Shown in pieces: positions 12,683 to 25,302 of a stretch of 64,000 nt of DNA. Each line of letters starts with the position of its first letter. Position 1 is the stretch's first letter. The DNA lies in the NCBI GenBank assembly GCA_965235115.1, contig OZ249436.1:17610001-17674000 (forward strand), written 5' to 3'. Position numbers and translations under genes: made by a program. The stretch is from Laetmonice hystrix. Lineage: Eukaryota. The notes below the pieces were generated by a model. It had not been told where the DNA came from. It saw nothing but the letters and a program-made list of their open reading frames with translations, and ran no database searches.

Positions 12683-13328
12683 GATCAGCCCTTTTCACCT
12701 GCAAGGACAGTAATTTAATGCAAATATCAGTTCCACAGTTCAACTGTTTTTGGTCAGCAGGAACATTTTTTGGTATGTACATGTAAACTTTATTTCAATA
12801 TTTGTGAATTTGGCAATTTTATTTTAATTAACACATTTTTTTTGGATTGCTCAATCTATAAATACTATACATTTATTTAGTTTCATTTCTATTTACTGAT
12901 TTAGTAAATACATAGAACTAGATGTCTAGTTCTATGGTAAATAAATGATAAATAATCCACTTTTATAAATTATAGCCTAGGGTACAGTTATAGTATAGCC
13001 TAGACCGGCTAGTAGTAGTAGGGGTACAACTAAATTATAATATAAATAAAATAAATAAATAATGCTACCTCCCTAGACTAGCCTTGGCCTGGTGCTAAGT
13101 TATGTTGGAACAGAGACGTAATTTCGTAAAGCACATAATCGTAAGGACCTAATAATCGTAACGGCTAAGGCTAAGACTAAAGGCCCAAGCCAAGCCCAAG
13201 CCAGGGGCAATGGCCAATGCCAAGGCAAGGGCCCAACTTGAACATCCTCCCCTTCCAAGGCCGCAGGTGTCAGCGTTTACGTCTCTGGTTGGAAGACCTA
13301 CTGTAACATGAAGTAGAGAGGGGGTTAC

Positions 13329-13800
13329 CTCACTCGTTGCGGCAGTCCTGATCACTGAAGTACCCTTGACGAACTGAGGTGATATGAAAGTCTTGCCCGC
13401 CTACCCAAACAACCGTCATCACTGACACACTGTCACTGAGCACGTTTTTCACCAGGGTTTGAAAGCGCCGCCGTCCACATCTAACGTGTGTTACTGCCTG
13501 GCCTCTCACAACCAGATGCCAACTTTAACAACCATTAAGAGGGGTTTTCTAATAATTAGTCATATTTTTCTGAAATCATTAATTTTTGTATTTTTGTATA
13601 CGTATAATACAACATGTTTTAAGTAATAATTTTATAAATTTACGTAGACTTTGGTATTTTTAAATTATTGAGAAGGCAATGTATTTGCTTCCGGTTCGTG
13701 GAAATGGCGGCTGTTTACGAAAACCTGACAACTGATGTCTGATTTTAACAGGTTATTTGGTGAAAAGAAAACCAACTTTGAAGCGAGGAAATAAGGTAAT
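13329..13800. promoter_or_regulatory. Bidirectional promoter region: membrane-protein gene (-) / CENP-H (+)
   Basis: Opposing first-exon donors (minus gtaacc ~13328; plus gtaata ~13796); cttccgg (ETS-like) and aaatggcgg (YY1-like) at ~13688-13710. Confidence 0.55.
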
Positions 13801-14157
13801 ATCAAACATAATGTAAAGGATACATTGGGGATCACAAATGTGATGTATTCAACAGAAAACAACTTTGACTGTGAGCGCAGCCCCGCGTAAACAACGAACG
13901 TTGATAGTTGAACGGTCCGACTCGGTGACAGCGGACGGTGTTGACGACAGCCGGGCAGCCGTACGTGACCAGGCCGGGGAGACAGAGGGGCGCGGGCCGA
14001 GGGTGAGCGCCCGGGACACGGTCATAGCCACAGGTTAACTGGTTAACATACTGCTAGCCACTCGTCTAAGCGAATACTTACCGTCGGCTTACATTGTCAC
14101 AACAATGTCAATGACAATCACAATGATGACTAGCATGAGCCATGACTGTCTCAACTT

Positions 14158-16253
14158 CCCTATGTGCACTGCAGTCCCTCCTAAGCGCTTATTAAGCGCC
14201 ACCACGCGGCGCTTAATAAGTGGCTAGTGAGTGGTCAAAATGATACGGATATTAGCCGCTTCATTCTAATCGCTTTGTAAGCGCTGCTGGAGAGACGCTT
14301 ATTAAACGTTTAATCTGAATCGTTTAAGAACCGTTGCATACAGGATGCCTCTTAAACGTTTAATTTTCAACGACTGAAAAGCGCTTTCCTACCACCGTTT
14401 AATAAACACTTATATATTAACGTTTATTAATTAACTGCTGCAATAGTTACCAGCATTACTTGCCACCAATAAAACTCGAGATATAAATATACGATTAAAA
14501 AGCAGGTAAGTCCACTGAAAACATTTTATTATGTGATTACAATATAAAAACACAATACTACCTAGCCATCTACGTCCTTTAAATTAAGTAATCTTTACGT
14601 CGTCGTGGATCCAGATCATACCAGTCAACATATACTCAGTTCAGTGATGTATAGGTAGAGTATGCCTACACAACGTTCTTTTAGGCCTAAGCCAATAATG
14701 TAGCTTTTCCCACGTTTCCGTGGTTAGTTTGCAGCATCATCAGGACTCCGGCTGGATTCTTGTCTTTTATGGGCACAGTTCTTCAAGTATATATATATAG
14801 GCTAATCTTTCAGATGTCCGCGTAGGTCCCCACGGCTTGTCCCCGACGTCTGCACCTTAACTGCATCTTTAAGCACAAAAAAAAGAAAGATTAGAAAGAA
14901 GGCATGGGTGAATAAACGACTAGCATCTTCATTCCCGGCCTCATATCCTGTTAACTCTCTACACACTCTAAGTAGGTTAATTATTGATGAGGTCAGATAT
15001 ATATGATTATGTTATACTCTACATACATCAATATAAAAGATTGACACCTTCTTATAAAGTCATTGATGATTACCTCAACCACCACGAATGAAAAGGTATC
15101 AAGGTGCGGCGTTTCCCCGCACTGCTCCCGGCGATGCACGACCGACACCGCCGTTGCTGCTCCTGTATGGTGTTGGACGCCCGGTCTGTGACAGTCGTCT
15201 ACCAATCTGTAAACCAGAGATGGGATAAGATGAGATTACCTGTATATATTATACTGTTGGTTTAAATTTTCTAAGAAACCCAGAGAAAAAAGGGATACCC
15301 ACATACAGAATATAGAGTATGTATGGCACCGGAGGCGGAGTTGTAATTACAGCCCTATTTTGGTACATGGAATCCTTTGTCTAAAGTGGCGGGAAACGGC
15401 GACCTCTAAACATTATAAAGTTCCTCTGGGCGTCCAAAGTTCAAGGAGTAGATAATTATACACCTTACATAAACTACATTTACGTTTATCAGAAATAATA
15501 CTTACGTGCATGTTTGTATCCTTTATTGGAGCACAGGAAGAATGTAGAGCTGTCTTGATGCTGTCTCCAGATGGCCGATTACTGCTGGAATCGGGTCAAC
15601 TGAAGCGGCATTAAACGTGCTGACCTCGACCCGGAGGGTCATCTTACCACTCCAGGGCGGTTTAATTACCAACGGTCAGTGCAAAACGCTGCACTCCCGC
15701 AACAACCTGTGTGCCCTACTTGGCACATAGGCAGGCCTGCCATATTTGCAAAATTCGAACTACTAATGCCATATTCCCCTGATTCATTTTCAAACAGCTT
15801 CTGTCACACAAACACTCTATTAAACGCATGGAGGCCCAAGCCGATCTAGCCTATAGGTATAACACGTAGGTCTTTACATATAGCCTAGGTGTATCTTTGC
15901 TGTATGGAATTGAACTGTATAGGCCTATAATGCTTCTGTATACTAATAGGCTGGCATTGCAGTAAATGTAAACCCCCTAAAACGAGTATAGGGTAATAAG
16001 ATCATATACTTGCTTAATTAATTGGGATGGGTGAGGATATCATAGATAGCAACGAAACGGTGCACGAGCGCCTCCCTGAGCAGCGGACGGCAACGTTGCC
16101 GGAGTGGCTACTGACTGATGCCAGCGCTCCTCCTGACCGCACCGCTCAGGCAGTGGTCAGCAGCGTTTAATGAACAACTCCTGACCGCTGCCAGCGCTGG
16201 CAGCGTAAAAGCAGTGTCCAGCAGCGCTTAATAAACGGTGCGTGTCCATAGGG
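14158..16253. mobile_element. ~2.1 kb non-autonomous EnSpm/CACTA-like element in the probable CENP-H intron 1
   Basis: Termini ccctatg...cataggg; 2-bp flanking tt; multiple subterminal cgcttattaa/cgtttaat repeats in both orientations at both ends. Confidence 0.65.
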
Positions 16254-16761
16254 TTACGACTCAAGCCATGACGTCGACTGTCTGACCCTGACCTGAGGCT
16301 GAGGGGCATAACCAAACTCAGAAACTGGCAAATTGCCAAAGCCAAAGACTTTACTATAAAACGTAAAACATAAAATAAGAGCTTTTCTTTTTGGGCTTTA
16401 AAAATTTGGGAGTTTAGACCCCCAGCATCCTTCCATTTTTTTGTCTATAAATATTAAAAATTTAAATTGTGCATTTAAATTTGGACTTTTTTTAACTAGT
16501 TTTCCTTAAATAAACAAAATTAATCTAATAGGTATCTATCCCTAAGTTAATTTAATATTAAAGTAGAAATTCTGTACTAACTGTTTTACGTTGACTATTT
16601 TATTTAAATTCTTGAGTACAATGTATACTTTTTTCAATTTAAAATATAGATCTATACTATTGAATTAAAAAAAAAATGACTTTAAAAAAAGTCTTTATTT
16701 CTTGTATTATATATCATGTTTTAATTCATATTCCTTTTCTTTCAGGTAGTAACTTGGCAGG

Positions 16762-19700
16762 ATGGTGGACCCTGAAACATTTGCTATGCTTGACAAGCTG
16801 GCATTGGATTTGGCATCACTGTCTGATCCCAAGGAAACCAGACCATGCCAACCAGATGGTGCAGCTGTTTCAGAGGCAGCAGTCAAGGAGCCATCCGTCG
16901 GTGAGATGTGGCAGATGCGTCACTGGCTCCAACAACAACACCTTGAATACCAAGGAGCACTGTATGCAGGTAAAGATGTGCTGTTAAAGAATTTGATTAA
17001 ACTGGTAAAGGTTGGGAAATTACTATATTTTAAGAAGTACCAGAAGTTGCTACTTGGACTTTATAAAGTATATTTTCAGCAAGTTTCATTGCTATATGGC
17101 CCAAGAAAGTAGTGCAGGAGAAACCCTAGCTTAGGGTCTCTGGCCACTGGGCATTTCTTTGTATATACTGCAGATAACAAGCTGTTGACTCTTGTATTTC
17201 TCAGCAAAAAACAAGGATCCACCATCTTCTAATGACCCAGAACAGTTGCAAGCAAGGTAAGCTACACATGGTACTGGTATAGAAATTGATGAATTTCTCT
17301 AATTATTGATGTGAAATTATAGAGTAGGGTGACTGAGGGAATGTATCCATTTACCACAGTGAATAATGCAGTAAAGTCACTGCACCAAGGAAGATGAAAC
17401 AGTAGATCTTTTATAAGTGTATTATTTCAAAATTTACTTCTGAAGTAAGTAACTGAAATTGTGAATCTTTGATGAATCCTTCTGGTCCTACAGAGTTACT
17501 GGTCTCCAGCAGCAGCTGATGGAAGCAGCTACAGATACCTCCCTACGAGATCTCATCTTACAAAGGTAGTGCATTTCTCAAGGAATAGTGTCAGTTTTAG
17601 CAGCACTGGCGTGGGCTAATAAAAAAACACTAAGCAATAAATTTCAATTTCAGATTACAGATGAGTCATAGACTGCTAGAAACAGTGTTTCCACCAGGCG
17701 GTATAAAAAACATTACTCCTGAGCAGCAGCAGACAAGGAAGTAAGCGCAAACATATGTCTTATCTTGACAGGCCAGCTTTATCTTGGCAAATGTCATTCA
17801 TTTACTGAACAAAATTATTATGACAATGATATGGTAGTATCTTCCAAAAAGGTTTAGTAATGTTGGCTCAACTAAAACAAGGAGTGGAAGTTGAAGCAAC
17901 ATGAGTGATTTCAAGTTTTTTCTGATGATAGTGCTCGTAATGTTCACCATGTATCATAGCAAGATATTTTAATTAGTCCAAATTTGGTTTCAGGACAGTT
18001 GTTGAACTATTAGAAAAGCAAGTCAACCTTAGTTGTCATGTACTTCGAATAAGCAAGGTAATTTAACATGTGTATACTGTACCATACTCTATATGGGCCC
18101 TGATTTCAACAACTAGTTAAGTTTACATGCCATAACATATAATTTATAGTAGATATGCCATGAATACAGTGAATTACATCTGAAATGGTCAACTACAAGT
18201 AAATATGTCATGAAATATCTACTGGTGTGCTTTGGTAAGTAAAATCAGTTCTTAAACTGTAAACCTTATGTATATTTTTTCAAGGAAATTGAAGAAATGA
18301 CACCCGAATTGGAGGAAACAAAGAAAAAAAATTTTGGTAAGTGTACAAATCCTGACACCTGTCTTTATGGTCACTGTTTGTAGGCTTTGTTACTGTTGTG
18401 TAGGGGTTTTATCTTGCCTCTGTGATAGGCCTCGTATACTTGGCCTATAGCTTAGCTATGCCCGTGTCAGATTTTGAAACTTACATGGAATGAGAGGCTT
18501 GCTCGCACATAACCAATCATTTCAAATGAAGTTTTGTCTTTACCTTCAGCCATTGAGTGCAATGAATGTAGCTCAAGTCTTACAAAGCAGATTCGGGTGA
18601 TTTTTCAACAAAGTGGGCACTTTAACATCGGCACGGCCGGTGGCCATTTTAAATAAACAAAGGGAGCAGCTGTTATCTAAGAAGGGGGCCTGGATCTCGG
18701 GCCATAATGGAGGAGTGCTTGGCTCCCTGTGGTATGATATGCTCCCCTACTGGCCTTCAATGCGTATGCGCATTAGGACTAACAACATTGCAGGCAACGG
18801 AAATCAAACTGCTCGGTTCGAATTTTCAAATATATGGGATAAAAACAACAAAAAGTGAGCAGTGGAGCTGTTTGATGAGAAGGAATACAGCAATTTGATC
18901 AAATGGCATGATTCACGACGAATTTTACACAGCGGTGAGTTCGCATTGGAGGTACATGTATAGTTTTAACGACCTGCAATGTCAGTCCCTGTTTGCTGGC
19001 AACTGGGACGACACTCAGTCAAGGTTTTATCATGTTGCTAGGATCAAACAGTCATTAGAATTATTTTATTCCAGTTCCCTGCCTTGTAGAAGGTGGAATG
19101 CCTAATTATGGATATGTTTCTATTGTTGTTAGAATTACTGAAGTCAAACCGAGAGTTGATGTGGAATCTGGAGCAGTCGAAGAAAGCAGCTGAGAGCAGT
19201 AATAGTCGTGGAAATCAGCGACTACAACAGTAAGTTACATGGCTTGGAGAATTAGCTTGATGGGAAATGCTAAATGCAGGTTGCTGACAGTGTAATTCTC
19301 AGTCTGTGATATATTGTCAGTGTGAACTGAACTGTGGTAAATCTCCATGGCAACATCTCCAAAAAATTTGGTGGGAAGAACTAAAAATCTGTCTTGTGTC
19401 CATCTGCTGGTTGTGTATTGTGACCAGGACTAACATCTGCTGGCTGTGTATTGTGTCCAGGACTAACATCTGCTGGCTGTGTTGTGTCCAGGACTAACAT
19501 CTGCTGGCTGTGTATTGTGTCCAGGACTAACATCTGGTGGCTGTGTATTGTGTCCAGGACCAACATCTGCTGGCTGTGTATTGTGACCAGGACTAACATC
19601 TGCTGGCTGTGTTGTGTCCAGGACTAACATCTGCTGGCTGTGTTGTGTCCAGGACTAACATCTGGTGGCTGTGTATTGTGTCCAGGACTAACATCTGCTG

Positions 19701-19940
19701 GCTGTGTATTGCATCCAGGACTAACATCTGCTGGCTGTGTATTCTGTCTAGGACTAACATCTGCTGGCTGTGTGTTGCAGGGCCCAGCAGGAGGTGGACG
19801 AGGTGATGTGTCGGGTGGAATTGGTCAGACCCATCTTCCAGGGCCTAATCCTGGGTTCAGGCATAGACTGGGCGGCAGACAAGGAGATGGCAGACCTCAT
19901 GGTGGGGTTGGGGATGCCACTCGAGTCTCACCTACACTGA
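16762..19940 (+). CDS. CENPH: Centromere protein H, 8 coding exons, 263 aa
   Basis: Exons 16762-16969, 17205-17256, 17494-17565, 17654-17740, 17994-18057, 18285-18336, 19133-19229, 19781-19940 join in frame (792 nt). Coiled-coil protein ending IFQGLILGSGIDWAADKEM, matching the CENP-H signature (FQxLILGSxVxWAxD). Confidence 0.88.
19400..19775. repeat. 30/33 bp minisatellite abutting the last CENP-H acceptor
   Basis: ccaggactaacatctgctggctgtgtattgtgt about 11-12 times, ending at tgtgttgcag|19781. Confidence 0.95.
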
Positions 19941-20594
19941 CTATAGACTGGGCAGCAGCAGGGGCGGATTCAGGATTTTGGAAAGGTGGGGTGCAGAGGT
20001 CTGAGTGGCAAACACACCACCCTGGATCCGCCCCTGGTCAAACAAGGAGATGGCAGACCTCATGGTGGGGTTGGGGACCTCTTATGCTTGAAATACACTT
20101 GATAAATTTTCTTTGCTTCAAGATTTTATTCTTCTATTATCAATCCAAATGATGTCAAGTGGTTTATATTTCTGCATAGAAAATAAAAAACAATTTGAAA
20201 AGTTCTTTAGGAGCCCACTCACTCTGTGCAAAGTACGAGCCCAATTAATCACAAAGTGCTTTTGGTTTTCTTAAAGGTAACCATTTTATTATAGAACAAA
20301 TAATACACCTCATTTCACAGCGCCATATACATGTAATATATACCTTGACAAGCTGTCGTGGACAGACTCCCCAGCTTCCCCAGTTGGGCCATGTGGCCAA
20401 ACTTCAACAACCCTCAGGGATAAGCTGGATACATGTAGATATTTATGAGCAGCCCTGCGCATTCGATTCTGTAGCTTAAAGAGCAGGACAAATCATAGAC
20501 TTTAGATGGGCAATCACTGTCCATCAATACTCGTCAATGTTTGGTTAATGTTGATTGTAGAGTGGGTAATATAAATACCTGGTGGTTTAGCGTT

Positions 20595-21630
20595 AAAGAT
20601 TGAGGAATAAGGAATGGATCTATGCCAGCCATGCAGGGAACAGCATTGTGTCACCTCGGGTAGGGCCTGTTCATTAATGTCAAAGATTGAGTAAACGGGA
20701 ATGGATCTATGCCAGCCATGCAGGGAACAGCATGGTGTCACCTCGGGTAGGGCCTGTTCATTAATGTCAAAGATTGAGGAATAAGGAATGGATCTATGCC
20801 AGCCATGCAGGGAACAGCATTGTGTCACCTCGGGTAGGGCCTGTTCATTAATGTCAAAGATTGAGTAATCGGGAATGGGCCTAGGCTAGCCATGCAGGGA
20901 ACAGCATTGTGTCACCTCGGGTAGGGCCTGTTCATTAATGTCAAAGATTGAGGAATAAGGAATGGATCTATGCCAGCCATGCAGGGAACAGCATTGTGTC
21001 ACCTCGGGTAGGGCCTGTTCATTAATGTCAAAGATTGAGTAATCGGGAATGGGCCTTGGCTAGCCATGCAGGGAACAGCATTGTGTCACCTCGGGTAGGG
21101 CCTGTTCATTAATGTCACAGATTGAGGAATAAGGAATGGATCTATGCCAGCCATGCAGGGAACAGCATTGTGTCACCTCGGGTAGGGCCTGTTCATTAAT
21201 GTCAAAGATTGAGGAATCAGGAATGGATCTATGCCAGCCATGCAGGGAACAGCATTGTGCCACCTCGGGTAGGGCCTGTTCATTAATGTCAAAGATTGAG
21301 TAATCGGGAATGGGCCTAGGCTAGCCATGCAGAGAACAGCATTGTGTCACCTCGGGTAGGGCCTGTTCATTAATGTCAAAGATTGAGGAATAAGGAATGG
21401 ATCTATGCCAGCCATGCAGGGAACAGCATTGTGTCACCTCGGGTAGGGCCTGTTCATTAATGTCAAAGATTGAGTAATCGGGAATGGGCCTAGGCTAGCC
21501 ATGCAGGGAACAGCATTGTGTCACCTCGGGTAGGGCCTGTTCATTAATGTCAAAGATTGAGTAATCGGGAATGGGCCTAGGCTAGCCATGCAGGGAACAG
21601 CATAGTGTCATCTCAGGTTGGGCTTGTTCA
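20595..21630. repeat. 87 bp tandem repeat (~12 copies, two alternating subtypes)
   Basis: aaagattga recurs every 87 bp (20595, 20682, 20769...); subtype A ggaataaggaatggatctatgcc, subtype B gtaatcgggaatgggcctaggct. Confidence 0.96.
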
Positions 21631-24600
21631 TTATGTACATTACAGGCCAACTGTCGATCATCAAATAAATGAAAATACCAAGCAATTATCTTATCAAAAC
21701 CGAACCCTTCACTCCCAGACAAAGTCGGGTAATCTGGTCTGGGTACACTACCTGGGAAAGATGACTGGGGGTCTAGGGGTCAGCTAGTCTTATTAAACTG
21801 GTCTCCAGGCGCTAAGAAAAATCAGAAGTTATGTCTGAAAAATATGGTGTGTGCCATCCACACAATAGTCACTCGAGACACCTCTTGACGATTTCTGGGA
21901 TGGACTGATTTTAAGATTTCCTGCCCACACTAACCAGTTCACGATAAGACTAAATATGGCCAGAAAAATGGAGTGAAACCTTAGTTTCTACTGGGAATAG
22001 ACAATGTCCCCCCCACCACCACCTTTCACAAATCAAACACTTTTGTCTCGCTATACATTTTATAACAGGTGGATAATTTATCAGGTTATTACAAGTACAT
22101 ACTTCTACATTCGAGGACACGGAACAATCCACAACAACATCTACTAGTATTTACTCCTCCCAGCAGTGTCGCTATGAGCTCTTCACTCTCCCCCAAACAT
22201 ACAAAAATCCTTACACACTCCTTTTTTATTTCATTGTATCATTTTCTTTCCCAACGGTAGTTTTGGTTTGGACTGGTTCTATAACTGCTGGCCAAGTCCA
22301 CAGACTTGAGTTTGGCATTTAGAGTGACCCAATCTGTCAGTTTTAAAGCTCATAAACCAAATATTTCAACATGAGAACAGGTTTCCAGTTTTTTTTAATG
22401 TTTTTAAATGTTGTTCACACATTGGTTTACCCACTCCATGTAGGAATCGGTATTTCCCTTGAGGAAATTCAACTATTTGTAGACAGATCTCGACGTCAAC
22501 CGTTTTCTGTATATCTCGGAGTGCTGCAACCAGACGGACACCAGAAACCATCTGACACATCTACTGTGACGTCACCCGTGTAAATTTTTAAAATTTTGTT
22601 TTCATCTTATTCTGAAGATCACATATTTATATTGGTTTTAATTCTTACATTTTCACTTACATAAATTAACCCTACCGGTACATTTTAAACTGTTCAGGGA
22701 GCAGTACTTCGCAAAAGTACCTGGCCACCTGCTACTAATCTAGAAACATCTACAACAGCAATTTTCCAGTAGTGGAAATTGCCAACAAGGTAGTCAATGC
22801 TTTAGAAATTGGTGAAAAAGTTGCTGGACATCTGGAATTTCATTAGAAAAAAGGCCTGAATCTGCACAAAGCATCGTTAATTATTCACACGTACATGTAT
22901 ATCACTTTATTAGCATGAGGTATCGCTCGAATACATGGCTATAAAAGAAGTCAGAGGGTGAAATAAACGAGTGACTTCTCAATGAAACTCTGTCTTTTAA
23001 AATACCACTTGATTAAAGTGACACAGAGAAACAAGGAAAGGTTACAAATTGAACGGAATGAACTACCAGGTACCTCAATTCTTCATCCCTTACAATGACA
23101 CACCCTCAACACCACACACCCAGTCACAAAGACACACACTTTCACCTTGACGACAGGTAGAAGAGCGAATGGCGGCCATCTTTCCAATGTGTGTGGCGGT
23201 TTTGTTCAGTTTTTGTACAGATTCTCTGGGGCTGCCTCTTATTTCAACGACTGTTTTAACACAGTTTTCTTCCCAATCAGATTTAAGACATCTGACCAAG
23301 TGTCTGATGTCCGACAGATCCCCCCACCCACAGCCTGAACTGTGGGCAGACACGGCCGCAGACTACCTCAGATTAACTGTTAAAATGGACGTTTACATGG
23401 GTCTTGAAACACCTAACAACCCCGACTCGATATCGTGGATTGTGTGTACAGGTACATTGATTAAACAAGTTAGGTCCTGCATCTAATGAATACTGCAGGC
23501 TGCAAAACTTGGTCCAAACTAAATATTTCCAATATTCCTTCCCCCTCCCAGTGTATCTTCAATTTGCAAAGCCAGCCAGTACTTAGATTGACACTGTCAC
23601 ATATAAATAGAACCACACCTGTTAAATTAGTGAGGACGACAGAATAATTTAAAAATTTTAGTTTAACAATTAAATCTTGTTTATTTTAAATGAGCAGAAA
23701 TAATTCTTGGCCTAGCCCTAGAAAACAGACACTCCAAATACAACAGTCGGTTATATTAATTCTGCAACAAAACTCCAAATTCAGTTCAAACAGTCGACAA
23801 TCTACTACTGATATCGTAGTCACCTCTCCACAAAACGTTATTTTATATTTATAGTTAACTTTGTTCTAAACCACAAGAAGAATCACGGCTGGGGGTTTCT
23901 CCAACATCTGTGGCAACTATGCCGAATTTTGTCTCGGTCCACTTGCGATTATTGTATGGATAGACATCTCTGATTTATTAAACACACCACCCTCTCTGAC
24001 TTGGCGTGTTTGGTTGAGCCAGACTACAAACTACCCTGTCAGTCTCATCCAAACTGCTGGCAATGGAGGACAAAAAACAGCTTTCTAAAAATGGTCACAA
24101 ATAAATCTGAATGGGAAACCAATGAGTTGACGAGCGCTGCAAAAAAATGAAGGGCAGACACCTTGAGTAACCACCAACTTTTGGGGGAATCCTCCAGAAA
24201 TTCTACCCCAAAATAACCTTTGAGAGGTACAGAGTTTATTACTTGAAAGTTTTTTTGACAATGACACCAGACTTATGTTTGGTGTCAGGTAGTGGTAGGC
24301 AGTTACTTGACTTGACACCTCTCTCAATAAACAAACTACATTGTAAGCTCATTAGAATATTATTTAACTCGCCCCACAACCCAAAATAAATGGTCTTTAT
24401 GCCTTAAAGGGCAAAAATGGTACCGTTTAATCCCAAATTTATAGGAATGAAGTGAAGCAAAGGTTTAAGTCTCTCAACAAAACCAAGCAGTTCCAGTACG
24501 CAGACCGTACTGCCTTTTTTATGGAACATAAACACACTACTTTTGTTTTGTATAGACCTTATATAGAATGATCACCATTAGCTTCTTATAACCTAAATAA

Positions 24601-25302
24601 ATTCCTCCTGTACTGAGCAGTCAGCGTGAAGTATCACTATGATTTCTCACCCCAGTTACCCATGAGGTTTGGTCAACTACAGCAATCCAAACCAAATCGT
24701 TAACCTCTCCTCGTACAGAATCTAACACCCATGTATTCTGTACACTGCAGATAAAGGTGCTTCCATTGATGTCAATACATGGTCATTATGACCCGTCCAT
24801 ATTTACACAATTACTGATTAAAGATACTTTCTAGAAAATATTTACCCCACAAAAATATGGTTTGCCAGTAATGGAGAACTTTTTACAACAGAGGTCCATC
24901 TCTTAGTACAATCTGCCATTGACTAAATAATCTATGCTGCTCGATTCGAGGATAGTTTCTTCTGTAATATTGTACTCCTTAACAACACGAGGGATCTTTG
25001 TGTCTGGCTGTCCAGGTGCTAGGACCTGATCGTGTAGTGTAGATATATCATAGTGATGAAAGCACATTATCAACTGTGGCACCTGTCTGCCGACTCCCAG
25101 GAACATTCACACGATAGCCTCGCTGTGGGTGACACTCAATATAACATTAGGTCAATCACGAGTCTTTGTCCTGGAAAACCTGCAGACTCTTTCAGCCACC
25201 ACACTGCAGTCTGTCTTCAGTCTGTTCAAGTTATGTCTTGTCTTTTTGGGGACAGACGGGGAAAAATTATTTGTTGGAGACAGACAAAAATATGGAGTAA
25301 CT

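Noticed and set aside
19640..20152. 170 aa Gly-rich ORF
   Set aside because: Wrong frame across the minisatellite, CENP-H last exon and UTR; the spliced CENP-H frame explains the region.
20514..21263. Cys/His-rich repeat ORFs from the 87 bp array
   Set aside because: Subtype B units carry in-frame stops and there is no start or splice context.
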